Of a stretch of DNA of 64,000 nt, positions 40,471 through 54,527 are shown one piece after another. Within the stretch, counting starts at the first letter, position 1, and every line of letters starts with the position of its first letter. This stretch comes from Octopus vulgaris. Its lineage: Eukaryota. Under the pieces are notes generated by a model. That model was not told the origin of the DNA and ran no database searches. It saw only the letters and a list, made by a program, of their open reading frames with translations. A program made the position numbers and the translations under genes. The stretch lies in assembly GCA_951406725.2 (NCBI GenBank), contig OX597825.1:87668001-87732000 (forward strand). The letters are read 5' to 3'.

Positions 40471-41720
40471 AAAATATTATATTCTATTACAACATTCAAA
40501 GGACAAATTACAGGAAAGCTGTCAGAAGAGGATTTCGCAAATATTAAAGAATTCCTCTCATATATATAATATGAACGACAAAAAAATAAGGAGCTCATTT
40601 TTAATCAATTAGAGGAGAGAAATTTCAATATAAAGAAACAAACTGAGAAAGTCGCCACTGTGACAGGCGTGTTCGAAAACCTGATTTCAGTTCCTCTTAC
40701 TAATATAGAGACTTTACAAACGCCGTCGCAATAAAGGCATGTTTATCATAGCCTTTAGTATTAACACCAACCGCTGATCCTGCAACATCGAGCTCGAGCT
40801 GGTAGTCATGATAAAGGAGATATTCGAAGATCTTCCAGGGTCAAAATGAGGAACTCATGCACCAGGTTTTTTTGAGGCCAGGGTGGAAGCTGAGAGCGGC
40901 TACGTTGAGTAAACTGTTATCGTCCAGCTGCGATTTAGTTTATATTTTTTTTAATGTAATACATATACATACATACATATACATACATACATACATACAT
41001 ATATACATACATATATATATTAGATGGAGTATTGTTTTCTTTTCCTTTCATGCAACCTCTTAAATTAATCCGAACACCCTACAAATAGTATGGACTTGTA
41101 CAAGGAGACATGTAGTCGCCTTTTACCTCGTGTTATATTCTCATACGCATTTCTCGCTTATTTTCATTTCAAGGTTTCTGATATTTAAAGGATGATTAAC
41201 ATCATAAATTCGTTTCGATGGAAAAAAGTGAAAATCTATCAGCGATCGACATATAATTTTTCTCTTCCATTTTCAGAAATAGCTTTATATCGACATCATG
41301 GCAAAATTGCTATTTGACCATCATATATCAGATGTTCTACCTGCTTACGCTCCCTATTTTCCTGATGGAATTTCGGCATTCCGTCATACATCACTACTTA
41401 CACGTCATATAATCAAAGGGTTTCAGAAACTGATCTCACCAATCGACTCGTTATCTTAATTCCAGGTTTTGTACTTGACATTATCGGCTAAAAATTTATT
41501 GGCGCAATATTTTATGGCTAGTATTAATCTTGTACATCTAAAAACCATTCCTTCTGTTTCTATTATTCTCTCAGAGCTTTATATCCATTACCAATTTTCA
41601 TATTCCTTTTTCATTTTTGCCAAAGCTAACTGGATAATGAATATGGAAAGGTTCGATTCATTCCCAACGCTGAGTTTGGATTATATCTTTTATTTTTACA
41701 CACACTCAAACAGACACATG

Positions 41721-41806
<86 letters not shown>

Positions 41807-42399
41807 CACATACATACGTAAAAGTGTGTGTGTGTGTGCGTGCGTGTGCGTGCGTGTATGTGTCTATAAAGACAGAGAGAATATGTTCATTTTCCATTAT
41901 TATATCAATCAATAAAATATGATATTCTCTCCCTATAAACACTGGAGAATTTCCAACTGTCCTTCACATGGAATTGCTGCCTCCGGCATTGAGTTTCCTT
42001 TGAACTTCCTTTTGGTTTTCAGTTTATAAATATTTTTCCTCCGAACGTTTCCTTTCAAATTTCTATCTTCTCTGTTTTGTATGCTGAACAAATGATCTCA
42101 TTAGCATTCATAATCATTCATAACATTCAGTACACATTCTTTTTCAAGATATTTAAACCCAATTCATATTTCATTTAGCAGTCGTCTATTTTGACCTTGT
42201 CTTTATCTTAGATATAATCGAACAATAACAAATTTGCTACGATGGGCTTGAAATGCGGTTAATTTGCATCTCCGTTGTGTACTAGTTACCCTTTTCCATC
42301 AAATCCGGTGTGTAGATATTTATTGTACGGTTTCCTTTGATAACAAGGTTTCACCAAGTACTACTTTAGATATACCACCCGCTGTGTGATAATATATGT

Positions 42400-42730
42400 A
42401 CGAGATGGTATCAAAAATTTCCCGGACTAGTGATGTTTAATATATATAAAAAAAAACTTATTGACCTAAGATTTAACATCACCTCCTTCGAAATATTTAT
42501 CTTGCGCAGCAATGCACCAGTCCCAGCGTTCCTGCCATTTTTAGAATCCTGCGTAGAAGTGGTTTTCCGTAAGCGAGTGGAGAACCTTCTGTGATTCACT
42601 CTTGATCCTGACACGGCGACCTTTGAGCTGCATATTCATCCTGGGAAAAAGATAAGAGATGAAGTCCGCTGGTTCAAAATGTGGCGAATAAGGCGGGTGC
42701 CTTATAAGTTTAGTAAAAAAACACATCAGT
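42400..42730 (-). mobile_element. Mariner transposase C-terminal remnant with terminal inverted repeat
   Basis: ORF 42541-42726: IRHPPYSPHFEPADF..LFPRMNMQLKGRR (YSPDLAP.D motif). TIR-like TA|cgagatggtatcaaaaatttcccggact at 42400. Confidence 0.85.
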
Positions 42731-42869
42731 ACTTAATCATATCATAGCATATTTTAGGTTAGAAACATGCATACAATTACACCACCCACACCACACACTC
42801 ACATACCAACATACACTCACACACACTCAAACACACACTCAAAAAAACCCACGTATATATATATATGTA

Positions 42870-42907
<38 letters not shown>

Positions 42908-42965
42908 CATGCATATATACATACATATACATATATATATATATACATATACACACATACACACA

Positions 42966-43010
<45 letters not shown>

Positions 43011-44291
43011 GTGTGTATGTATGTATATGAGAATGTTGGTACAGGACCGAACATTAGACATAGATGTGTGTTATTCAAAGTACTTAATGCCCATATATAT
43101 TCGTGGTTATGTGAAATGGTTTGTTGTCTCTGTTCAGTAAAATGTATTATCAGCGAATCAGATGCATTTGTCTTTAATGGCGATCACAACTTTCCCGATA
43201 TAATTCTTGGCCATATCTGATTGCAACCTACAATATCACTTCATTCTCTCTCTATATTTCCGGATATCTTGCTGATTTTACTTTTAAATATATCCACTTG
43301 TGCCAAATATGTTTATACGTGGAGAATTAATTCCTTTGGCCATGATAACTCTTAATATTAGTCACGTTGTTATATAGTGTCTTTATAACAAACACCGAGG
43401 TTAACAAGGCAGCTCAGCAACACTCGAAAAGGAGTATTTTGAATTGGAGTCAGCGATATTCTGTCACATATGTGTGTCTTGCAATGGGATATGGGGTACA
43501 GAAACGGCTTTAGCACAAGTTTTTAGCCAAAATGTAGTGTACCGTCATAAATGGTGAAGGAACACATTGGACAAAAATATAATATTGTATATGCCGTATA
43601 TAAAAATAGTATATATGCATATATGCTTACGAGTGAGTAGACTATAGAATGAAGGGCGCCCAACACATTTATTACGAGTTACATGTGTGGATAAAATTAG
43701 TTTGATTAAAATTTGGTGTCGCTTAAAATTTCAGAGCTCATGGAGCTTCTCCTCGGACACATTGCCTGGCCATTGAAACTATAAGTAGCACACAATATGA
43801 ATCAAACTATTGTAATCTCTATATGACATATGCATATATATTGTACATGCATACGTATATATGAAAGAATGTTTGAAAATGCCATTTTCAAAGATGTTTA
43901 TTCCCTAGAGCGGTTTCACATTTTTAGAAAAAGATTCTCAAAAGTAACATGTAAAAGCTTTGTTGTGTTAGGAATTGGTTGTCACAAAATTTTTGTGCCC
44001 AATATTTTAATGAACTTTTTTTATATTTTCCCAGGATTTTTCCTTGCAAACTGTTTTTAACATGTTCTTATTATTATCAAAGAATGTATATATGTATTGT
44101 AATATTTTCTGACAACCAGTACCTAACACGACACATATTTTACATGTTACTTTTGACAATTTTTTCTAAAAAAGTGAAACCGGTCAAGTGAATAAACATC
44201 TTTTAAAATTGCATTTTCAAACCTTCTTTCATACATAATTCCACTCGTGCGGTACCTTACAACTTCACTTTATTATATATATGTATATATC

Positions 44292-44346
<55 letters not shown>

Positions 44347-44708
44347 CAACGTGTGTGTGCAGTTATGTGTACATATGTATACGTAATATTTAGAAACTGA
44401 GAGAAACCTCCGAAGACTGCAAAATGTCTTTTAATACTTTGTACGATTTTATAACTTTCTATTTTTTTTTTACCAAATATTTAAAATCATTAAATGTTTT
44501 AAAGTTCTTTCGCTGGCAATAAAATTTCAATCTTTCCTGAGATTGGTTAAACTTTAGGTTGTTATATTTTTAGTTTCTCTTTCACTTTACATTATATTAT
44601 GATTCGATGCTTTGAATAAATTTGCAAAGGACACATTCGTAAATACCGATTTATATATATGTATAATATATAATAACAATATATATGTGTATGTATGTAT
44701 GTACGTGC

Positions 44709-44739
<31 letters not shown>

Positions 44740-44753
44740 CGTGTGTGTGTATG

Positions 44754-44786
<33 letters not shown>

Positions 44787-45308
44787 ATATCATACAGACT
44801 AAAAACTGCCCGAGGGATGATATTTCTTCCTTCAAGTCTGATATTATAATCACAATTACTTTTACCAATAAATTAATATTGTAAAAACACCCGGCAGCAT
44901 TTATAAAGTAAATTTACGTCTAATACGAAATAATAGCTACTATTCAATAAAGCTCCTTTCTATGAAGTTTCATGCCTCCAGGAGACCTGTAATAATATCT
45001 CAAAAAATAATTCCAATGTAATTTTCAAACGTAATATTTTTCCCTGTGATAAAATTTGCCAATAATTTTGGCATGATTTTTAATATGATGGAAGGCGAAC
45101 AAATTTCTACTTATTTTATAATACATTTCCTTTTGTTTGTATTTCACAAATTCCTTAGATGTTGATGTCTATGTGCGGTCGCAAGTCTCGGCGAACCCGC
45201 CCATAGTTCTCATACATTCATACATACACACACATACATACATACACACATACACACATACATACATACATACATACATACATAATATGCATACATACAT
45301 ACGCACGT

Positions 45309-45363
<55 letters not shown>

Positions 45364-45389
45364 GAATTCATGTCTGTCTATAATGTGAG

Positions 45390-45900
45390 GCCATATGCAT
45401 TAAGTCTGACCCAGAGACGAAAGCCACCACGCCTAAAAACATTAATCCACGAGATAGAATAATCGTAATTTGACGGAGGATAAAGAGCTCGAATCGCTTA
45501 AATAAGGATCCTAATGACATCAAAAAACCCTACTTCCTAATGGCACTCTTTGTGACTGACAATAACATCACTCTCTCCCATGAAAAAGAATGGGTAAACA
45601 GAGACGCCGAGGCTGCGGAAAATATGAAACAAAACTCTAAAACCTTCTAAAAGTTCTCAAAAGAGTCTGCCTCAGTGCGATAAGGATTGGACCGTTGTTT
45701 GATGAAAAGGGATCACTGACTGCGGAACCCAAGAGGATGAGTGAAGTACGCAATAAAATATTCCAAATTATTTTCACCTCCCCACTAGAAAACATGAAAA
45801 TAAGCAGGCCTGATGAGTTCTTCAACACCTCTAAACTACCGGAAAGAGAGCGTTTACGTCAACAAACCGCAGACCCTGCTGTAAATGAAGGTGGACATCA
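45390..45900 (+). mobile_element. CR1-like LINE fragment (pre-RT region)
   Basis: ENMKQNSKTF*..RIGPLFDEKGSLTAEPKRMSEV.NKIFQIIFTSP parallels KPKVFFSF..VGPLIEENGTLQDNAKTMSEILQKQYCSIFSNP at 39960-40110. Confidence 0.65.
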
Positions 45901-45929
45901 ATTGAGAAATCAGAGTAGTGGGCTCTGAA

Positions 45930-46160
45930 ACTGTTGAGCAATATTTGGAAAGAGCGCGGGCGTGAGAAGTTGGAAATGGCTGCCAATTAAGCGATGCCAT
46001 TTTTCCTATATGTGATGTAGTGGGGTTGCAGAATTTGACTTTTGCATTTTCATTTCCATTATGTCCTTTATATTGTAGCAAGCATTCATGCGTTTATTTT
46101 TACAGTTAAGGAAGTTATTAAAAATTGAAACCCATCAGTAACTTTTGGGACACACTGTAT
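45930..46160 (+). mobile_element. Tc1/mariner-superfamily right end
   Basis: ERARA*EVGNGCQLSDAIF (R..C...GGH..D.IF-like C-terminus) and a TIR-like end cttttgggacacactg|TA. Confidence 0.55.
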
Positions 46161-47439
46161 ATGTATCTATGTATGTATCTATGCAAGCATACATATATGT
46201 ATCTATATGTGTGTGCGTGATTGTCTATACTCGCATATGTAACTTTTGATTTGTTCTTTTTATATTTTTTAAAGCCCAAAAATTCACGCTTCATATAAAC
46301 ATTTTATTTTGCTATTTTGTATTGCGTGTCCTAATATAATGGTCAAAGTGCGTAACTACATCGTATTTCCTTTATTGCATTAGTCTCATACATTCAGCTC
46401 CATTCTCCGGCGCTTTCATCATTTCACATTATATCACACTTTATTATGACAATTTCTACACTCTCATTCTATCGCACATTTTCGGCCTTTTTTTTTTTTG
46501 AACAGAAAAAAAATACTTTAATCTAATGAAACTGCTTTTTACTCTTAATACGTTTTGGTTTCACTCTGTGATTTGGTGGTGAATTAAAATCTGGTTGACA
46601 CACAGACACACACACATACACACACACACACGCACACACACACACACACACACATACACACACACTCATACACACACACACTCATACACACACGCATACA
46701 AATATAAACACAAGGTTGGTTTCTGTAAAAAGTCAATGTTTATAAATAATAAAATAACTGAGTGTTGTCTTTTATTTTAGTAGCACAACTTTCAGAAAAT
46801 ATGCCTATCATCATAAGTTATCGCTGTATAAATGTCTTTTAAGAGTTAATAACGAAGGTTGGATTAATAGTTTAGGATGATATTTGTAGCATGAACTGGT
46901 AATAAACGTCGACTGAAATATGAAAAGAAATACCTTCTCCACAACGTCCCTCAAGTTCTGATATTACTTCGCGCGTTATAAGTTAATTTACGTGCAGACA
47001 ACGCTTGAAAGTCGTACAATGAAGGGTTGCACCTTTTCATGTAAGTCGGATGAAGTGACATTCTAATGTTTCAAATCACAAACATGACGCATCTTTTGCA
47101 TGCGACGGCGTTAAAGTCAGTGATACGGAAAGAATTGCAACAATCATGCTAAAATCTGTAGATGTCTTTATATTTGGATTTTGCATATATACATATATAT
47201 ATATATATGTGTCTGTGTGTGTGTATGTGGACGTGTGTGTATATAGAGAGGAATGCAGAGTTGTCAGGATGTCATTTTTATAAGTTAATGTGTTTGTCAG
47301 CGTTGGTCATATATATCACACATATATACTGTGTAACTCGCGAGCAGAAGTCAGTATAAGGGTATAACATCCATATATACACATACATAACTTACATAAA
47401 TAAACATATGTATGTATATTGTTGATAACGTGAAATCAT

Positions 47440-47647
47440 ACTTTTTAACAACGGGGATTTCGTGGTACACCGCATAAAGCTATGAATAGCAGCAAGTTCA
47501 AAAGCGTTTTGAAGTGAAATAGTTGAAGGCCACCCGTAGGACTCGAAACCACATCTCCTTTAGACATCCAAAAGTGTTTTCAGTCCAATATTTACGTGTT
47601 ATTAATGATATCGTTATTTTATGAACCTCCTGAGTCAGTGTACCAAA

Positions 47648-47650
<3 letters not shown>
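47440..47650 (-). mobile_element. Possible decayed tRNA-derived SINE next to (TA)n
   Basis: Minus strand has a B-box-like ggtttcgagtcc and a weak A-box tgactcaggagg; single copy in this window. Confidence 0.3.
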
Positions 47651-47705
<55 letters not shown>

Positions 47706-47822
47706 TGTGTGTGTGTGTGTGCGTGTTTACGTGCGTATACACACATACACACACTCACACATCTATGTAATTATTATTTGTTTAAAGGACACAGTACATT
47801 AAATCATTAATGTTCCTAAGTC

Positions 47823-47870
47823 CTACTGAAATGTTCATATTTGGAAACATCTCAAGCATTCATCGGGCAG
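47823..47870 (-). ncRNA. Strongly decayed hammerhead in the 3' pseudo-LTR of the Naiad-type PLE
   Basis: ctgc-CCGATGA-atgcttgagatgtttccaaatat-GAAC-atttca-gtag; homologous to 49217-49268. Confidence 0.5.
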
Positions 47871-49216
47871 AAACCATATATCATAACGAACTGAATAAAA
47901 AGATTGAATAAGAGAAGAAACGCGGAAAAACTGAGGAGGAAAGATATCGAAAATGCAGAAAGTTAAAAAAAGAGAAACGGGAAACGAAAACAAAAAAAAA
48001 AATGCAAAAAGTAAAAAAAGTGAAGAGCCATCCTCCTTACACGTTAAATTATAATCAAGATTTGGCAGAATTTCCTAGTTCTTCAAAATATATTTATATA
48101 TATGTTTGCAACTGTTGAAAACTTCAGACATCGTGTTAAGTAGAGAGTTATGGATCTGAGATGTAAACAAGATCTGTGCTCATCCAGTTAAACAATTATT
48201 CGATCAATTAACATAAGGTATGGATATCTCAATTATTTTCCACTTAATCAGCTGGTGCATTACGTTATCTTTCAAAGAGCATACGTAGCTAGCCAACTTA
48301 GTAGCGTTGCTTTTGTCCTTATATCGGAAGAAGATTATGTGATTGGCATAGCGATTTTCAAATTCTCCTTAACATAATCCAATATAGGTGTTCTTAATTG
48401 TATCATTATTTGGGATTGCAGAAAACTTCATATATGATAGATTTATTCATGCATCGTCGGTCAAGTGGAAGGGTTTCTGGGTTGGGACAATTGTGAATGG
48501 ATTTAGGCTCTTGGTATTGACTACGTGTAACGATAGCTTTATACAGCTATGTGACAATTTCACAGAACGCCTATTAAATACTTGCCTGCTTCTGTGAGTT
48601 CCCGGGTCGTGTTTCTCTAGCAGAGACAGGAATCTTTTACCTATGTTAGATTTTATATTAAGGGAAAAGGAAGGGGTGAACCAAATAATTTTCCTTGGCC
48701 TATTTTTAGGTCTCTTAATTATTTTTATTATTCTGATTAATAATAGAGGGGTTAGGTATTACTTTATCTTTGATGCCACTATATTTATTATTATTATTAT
48801 TATTATCATTATTATTATTATTATTATTATTTTTTTTTTTTTAATTCTGATTAATATTGGAGGGATTATATATTAATTTATCTTTGAAGCCGCTATCGGT
48901 TTGGGCCTTGTTATAATGGGGAGGGGTGCTTTTTCAAAAATTCTGTAGAGGGAGAGCGGTTAGACACTCTGTTACTAATATTAGCTATCATGTTTTTAAA
49001 CATCACAGGGCGCTGTCAAGACTGTTTATGTATACAGGCGAGTTTCTCATTAGGCTTATGGAAAGGCTTATGCGAGTAGATGTTCTGGTCTAGGGAAACA
49101 TCTAAATAATCAGCTTTAGACGGATTAGTAAGTGCTGTAATTTTAATGTCCAATTAAACGTAGAAATAAGTGGCGTTCCTTTTCTTGTTCAATTATTTCG
49201 TTATGACATGTGGTTT

Positions 49217-49268
49217 CTGCCTGATGAAGATACATGAGGTATTTCTCTACATATGAAACTATTAGTAG
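49217..49268 (+). ncRNA. Hammerhead ribozyme motif in the inverted 5' pseudo-LTR
   Basis: ctgc-CTGATGA-agatacatgaggtatttctctacatat-GAAA-ctat-TA-gtag. Canonical core, stem I 4 bp with a G-U pair, eroded stems II and III. Confidence 0.65.
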
Positions 49269-50784
49269 TATGTAATCACATGTAATGTACACTTTAAACA
49301 AATAATATTTACCTGTCAGCAGATGGAGTATATTTTTTTGTTGAATTTTCCATCACGGATCAGTACATTATATGTGTGTGTGTGTGTGAGAGAGAGAGTG
49401 AGAGAGAGCGTGTGTGTGTGGGTAAATATGATTATATTTCTGTATGCACTTATATATTTGTGTGTGTTGTGCATGTGTGCAAGTATGTGTGTGTTTGTGT
49501 GTGAGCTAACATGCAGTGAAGAAAATGATGCAAATATAAGTTATTTGTATTTAATTTCTATTTGTGGCTTGCATTACCATGTTTTTTTAAAATCCTGCTT
49601 ATGTACATTCCATCACAGTGATACAATGCATACGAAGAAATGTGAGATGATTAATTATTAACATTAGTTCCATGTAGAACATCCTACGCGGATGTGTTAT
49701 AATACGGAGAGAAGTGGCATCTAATCTCTAAATATCTGTTACATTATTAAACTTTTCTTGCCAGAGTATTTGAAGTTGGAACATGTTTTGTTGTCTTGAC
49801 AACGCAATCGTCGTATCACTTTACTAGTTAACATGGCTTGCAGCCGTACTGGGTCACCAAGTACCGGAATTTCATACACTCACACACGTGTGTGTATAGT
49901 AATATATAGTAACATACGTGCACCTATATAATCGGATGTGTGTTTGTGTATATGTGTGTGTGTGTGAGTGTGAATGTGTTTGTGTATGTGTGTGTGTGTG
50001 TGTATATGTGTGTACAAACATCATAGCCATTGTCAATCTTGAGCATTGAATTGTTTGATTACCTGGTCAGTCTCCCTACGTGTTCAATTACCTTTTGAAA
50101 CAGCTGAACATGCTAGGAACAGATGCAAATAAGGTACATTTCGAGTGAAATAAGCGTGACACAATATGACAAAGCGGGTCTGTTAATTTACGAGCACAAC
50201 CCCTTTGGCATTTTTCAGTACAGTACCCGTCTCCATGAATAATAACATACATATTACACACACACACATACACCAGTGGATACATATAACTGTATATATG
50301 CATGTATATACACACATACATACACAAGTACGCATACGTATGCACGCATACACACATAGTCACACACGCACACACACACACAAACAAAAACACACGCATA
50401 TTCTTTATCTCACAAACGCACTCACATACATTCACACATATGTAAAGCACGTGGAGATTTCGGTCTTTAAGCTGCGGTTCGTTTTGATTACAACTCTTAA
50501 TAAATATTGTTTCCTGGAGACCGTTTTCTCCTGGGCTGAGTTCTGAATATGATATGTGTTAAGTGATTTGGAAGGACTCGAAGAAAGAAGTGTTTGCGGG
50601 GTAAGGGTGGATGTGAGGAAAAAAAGTTTGACAAAGAAAGTTTGTTATTCTTTGGGTTCAATGGAGTGTGAATGTCAAGTAGTATGATAAAAGTATATAT
50701 GCAAATTAATATAAGCAAGTAGGCACAATATGATACCATAAAGGAAAAATTCAACTGGCACTAAGTGTGACTAAAGGTGCCGAA

Positions 50785-50971
<187 letters not shown>

Positions 50972-51120
50972 GTACGAAGCCATATGGTGTACAAAACAAA
51001 CATATGTATTAGTATAATGTTCAGGAATAGAAAAAGTCTTTTACGTTTCGAGCCTACGCTCTTCTACAGAAAGGGACACAGAAAAAACAAGGAGAGAAAA
51101 AATGGGTGTAGTGGCTAATG
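50972..51120 (-). mobile_element. Solo PLE pseudo-LTR piece with a hammerhead variant (51038-51073)
   Basis: Minus strand: cttt-CTGTAGA-a-gagc(gtag)gctc-GAAA-CG-TA-aaag; near-identical to 37081-37175. Confidence 0.85.
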
Positions 51121-51144
51121 ATATCAAAACCTTTTCCCCATCTT

Positions 51145-51219
51145 CCCGTACGGTAAACTAATACACCTGCTAGTTGTTCTGTCACATGTCTTCGTCTTTT
51201 GTTTTCTGTAAATTTCAAA
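51145..51219 (+). mobile_element. PLE pseudo-LTR 3'-terminal fragment (opposite orientation)
   Basis: aactaatacacctg..ttgtt..cacatgtcttcgtcttttgttttctgtaaattt matches the reverse complement of 58560-58620 and matches 54880-54948. Confidence 0.75.
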
Positions 51220-51234
51220 TATATGTGCGTGTGT

Positions 51235-51282
<48 letters not shown>

Positions 51283-52399
51283 TTCAGGTAACACACACAA
51301 TAACCATCTCTGTGTGTATTTCTCTTTCTCCCTCTGTGCGCGTGCATTCAGATATATTTTACGCATGAACAGTAAACCGCCGACACTCTACTTTCCGGCT
51401 ACTGGGATTATCTTCTCACCTGATAATCACAAATTATTTTCTTACAAGTCTTTATTTCATCAGAAATTAGATTAGAATTCAATCATCTTAGTTGCTGCGC
51501 CAGGAAACCGAACCAGGGAATCCATTTTGTTGCCAGTGTTATATTTAAAAACAGATATGCGAGATATGGATTGTATTCTTTCGATTCGTATCTACGCGAG
51601 ACGAAAATTTTAATTGAATTTTTTTTTAGATATTTGCGTCTGCAATGTGTAATCTCTTAGCTTCATGTAATAAAAACTAGTCTCTATTTATTGTCTCTAT
51701 AGCTGATAGTTAAGCTATTCTGTCGTTATTTGATTCTATCTCAGTATTTATTTTTTTCTTTCATTATTTTCTTTCAATACGCAAAACAGAAACAAACACA
51801 CAAGCACACGCTTACTTAGTCATAAATATACAAACGCACACACACACACACGCACACACGCACACACTTACACACAAACATATACCGACAAACAAACATA
51901 CATACATCTATACATACAAAGACACCTCAATGTGTGCATGTGTATATGTTAATGAATGTTTTATTTTGTGTATTTAAATTCCAGGTTAAAAATTTGTTTT
52001 TCTATTTACTTTCTGATCAAAAACTAAAACGAATACAGATCATTGTTCTTGTTATTCATCTCGAAGTTAGCCACGATTTAGTATTGCAACCATGTTCCAA
52101 CCATGTTTCTTCTTTTTTTTTTTCAGACGTTGTGTATCTAAAACTAAATTATTATCAGCTTTCCTACCTGTTTCTAGTCCAGGCTTCCTTGTTTACTGAT
52201 GGCTGAGATAATGTTATGGGCAGGGAAAGAAAATTTACACTTTTGATCAAAAGAGGACGACGAAAGATTTATATGAAACTAAAAGGGAAAATATTGGAGA
52301 AAAATAAAGAACATTCGTTTTGGTTTGAATGTCTTGAGTAATCATTTACACCATGGCAATTCCATAATTATCATAGCGTAAGATTATCGCTTCTATGCC

Positions 52400-53187
52400 T
52401 TGTAGCAATTTGAAGAATTTGTAGCGTTGGTGGAAAGAATCCACGCTCTCTGAGACATGCAGTACAAATCATGTTGTAGCAGATAACAGTTAACTTTTGG
52501 CCGCTATTTGGATCCTGTTGTGTCCACTACTCTGATTGGTTGGCATTGGTGCAGTTTGTCTCTTGATTTATTTCGCGCCAATGTGGAAACCAACCAATCA
52601 AAACCTTCCAATAAGATCATGTGAGACAGCTTGTTCATAATCCAATTTGAGCCTCCGTTCTGCTTTAAAAGGCGCCAGCAAATCACTATTTCTCGTCTTT
52701 GGTCTCTGACCAATGACCACACCATTCCAGCCAGTTTCCGCCTCTCAACTAGCTCCAGCGACCCAGCCATGTTCCCGCGACGACACCAACATACACCAGC
52801 AACTCAGGACCGTCTTCCACCACCATCGCCTTCACCTCAACGTCACCGTTCTCTACCGTCACCATCACCACCGTCGACTTCAACGATACGTACCCAGCAA
52901 TAACGGCCTAGTTTTAACTTCTCACTGTTTGTGACTACTTCACCAAAGTCAACAGCAAGAACTATCAGCAAGAATTCCTGTATCAAATAACCCGGCGCGG
53001 CATAATAGCCACAAGAGCTACACAACACGTGTAGTAACCGGTTCTGCCTTGTGACCTCAACTTCTTGTACAGGACTACAACTATTGTGTAACCTTACTAC
53101 AACATGGTAAATTTATCTCCATTTTATGTCTGGACACTTTTTATGTTGTTATCTCACATAAATACACATTATCATGTACACACACAT
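52400..53187 (+). mobile_element. Possible solo LTR or other GC-richer interspersed repeat
   Basis: GC-richer island starting tgtagc and ending ..tgtacacacaca, with several CCAAT/ATTGG motifs, a TATA-like tttaaaag at about 52665 and ataaatacac near the end. No clear TSD. Confidence 0.3.
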
Positions 53188-53445
53188 TGTAAGTCGATTA
53201 CATCGACCCCAGTGCGTAACTGGTACTTATTTAATCGACCCCCGGAAGGATGAAAGGCAAAGTCGACCTCGGCGGAATTTGAACTCAGAACGTAGCGGCA
53301 GGCGAAATACCTATTTCTATTTCTTTACTACCGACACGGGTCTAAACACAGAGGAGACAAACAAGGACCGACAGAACGTAACGACAGACGAAATACAGCT
53401 ACTCAATTCGCCCGGCGTGCTAACGATTCTGCCAACTCGCCGCTT
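53188..53445 (-). mobile_element. SINE family A, young-looking, with permuted head-tail-core order
   Basis: A-box ttggcagaatcg, B-box gagttcaaattcc, intact core; the tail block lies between head and core. Confidence 0.9.
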
Positions 53446-54326
53446 TAATTCTCTAAAAGTCTGTATACATAAGCATCGATTTATTGTCAAATTTTCCTAT
53501 GAATTTTAAGAATCAAAAATAGTTAAAAGCTAATATGTATTTTGTGAGAGCATTTGATAAACAAACATTGTAACAATCATTGGAGCGTCGAGAGACTGGC
53601 ATTTTAGAAATGGAAGAAAAGTCAAACGTAAAACAGCTTAGAGATGTGGGTTAAATAATAGAGAGAAACTGAGTGGTACACAGTTCGATTCTTTGTATCG
53701 ACTTGTTGGGCAGCTTTTATTTTTTCCTCGTCTATAATCTTATTTTACTCGATACGCTAAGCTCTTTTGTTCTCCTGTGTTCGGGATTTCCTGCATATTT
53801 AAAGTACTAATTACTAATCGCTTCAATCTTCGTTTATAACAATTTTCTCACATTACATAAGCTATTATTTAGCGTTATAAAAGGTGGGCTCTGTTATCAG
53901 GGGTCATTTAGCTCGATGGCACAGAACGCTCCACTAGAATTTGAGAAGCACAGAGATCGATTTACGTCATCCCTTGTTCGCCACTTTTCCCCATTTAGAA
54001 TGGCATGTTACCCAACCCTCTATTCGAGTCTCCTTCATTCCTGTAATACGCATCAAGAGTTTGCTTCCAAGCTGTTCCACCTTCTAGTGTAAGCTTCGTA
54101 CCTGACTATATTCCTGCATTTTAATGAAACAAAATATTACGCATCGCAGGCTTAAGAGATTTATCATACACTGTAGCGTATATAGTAGTGTGTGTAAGTG
54201 TAAGTTTTCTGAATGTATCGATGAGTTAGTGTATGTATGTAAGTGTGTGTCTGTTGCTCTGTTGCGTAGACACGTTTGTGTTTGTACGCCAGTGTTAGTA
54301 AGTATGTATAGTTTCTAGGGGTTTAT

Positions 54327-54357
<31 letters not shown>

Positions 54358-54495
54358 CATACATACATACATACACACATACATACACACAAACATACAT
54401 TCATACATACATGCATACGTACATACATACATACATACATACATACATACATACATACATACACACATACATACATACATACATACATACATACA

Positions 54496-54527
<32 letters not shown>

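Larger units (their letters stand above)
47767..49312 (-). mobile_element. Decayed Naiad-type Penelope-like element with inverted pseudo-LTRs
   Basis: Minus strand: RT thumb DYLDVSLDQNIYSHKPFHKPNEKL and GIY-YIG HNCPNPETLPLDRRCMNKSIIY..TYIGLC*GEFENRYANH..ATKLASYVCSLK..IKWKII..PY..C..LLNTMSEVFNSCKH. Arms 47767-47923 and 49173-49312 are mutually inverted homologues. Confidence 0.85.

Noticed and set aside
41277-41470. Strong plus-strand splice acceptor (ttttcag) with short open frames
   Set aside because: All frames hit stops before a good donor, and the phase is incompatible with the 30843-30924 candidate exon.
48170-48215. In-frame TGA codons in the Naiad-type GIY-YIG as possible selenocysteine
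   Set aside because: The copy has other stops and frameshifts, the TGAs do not clearly align to Cys, and no SECIS was recognisable by eye.
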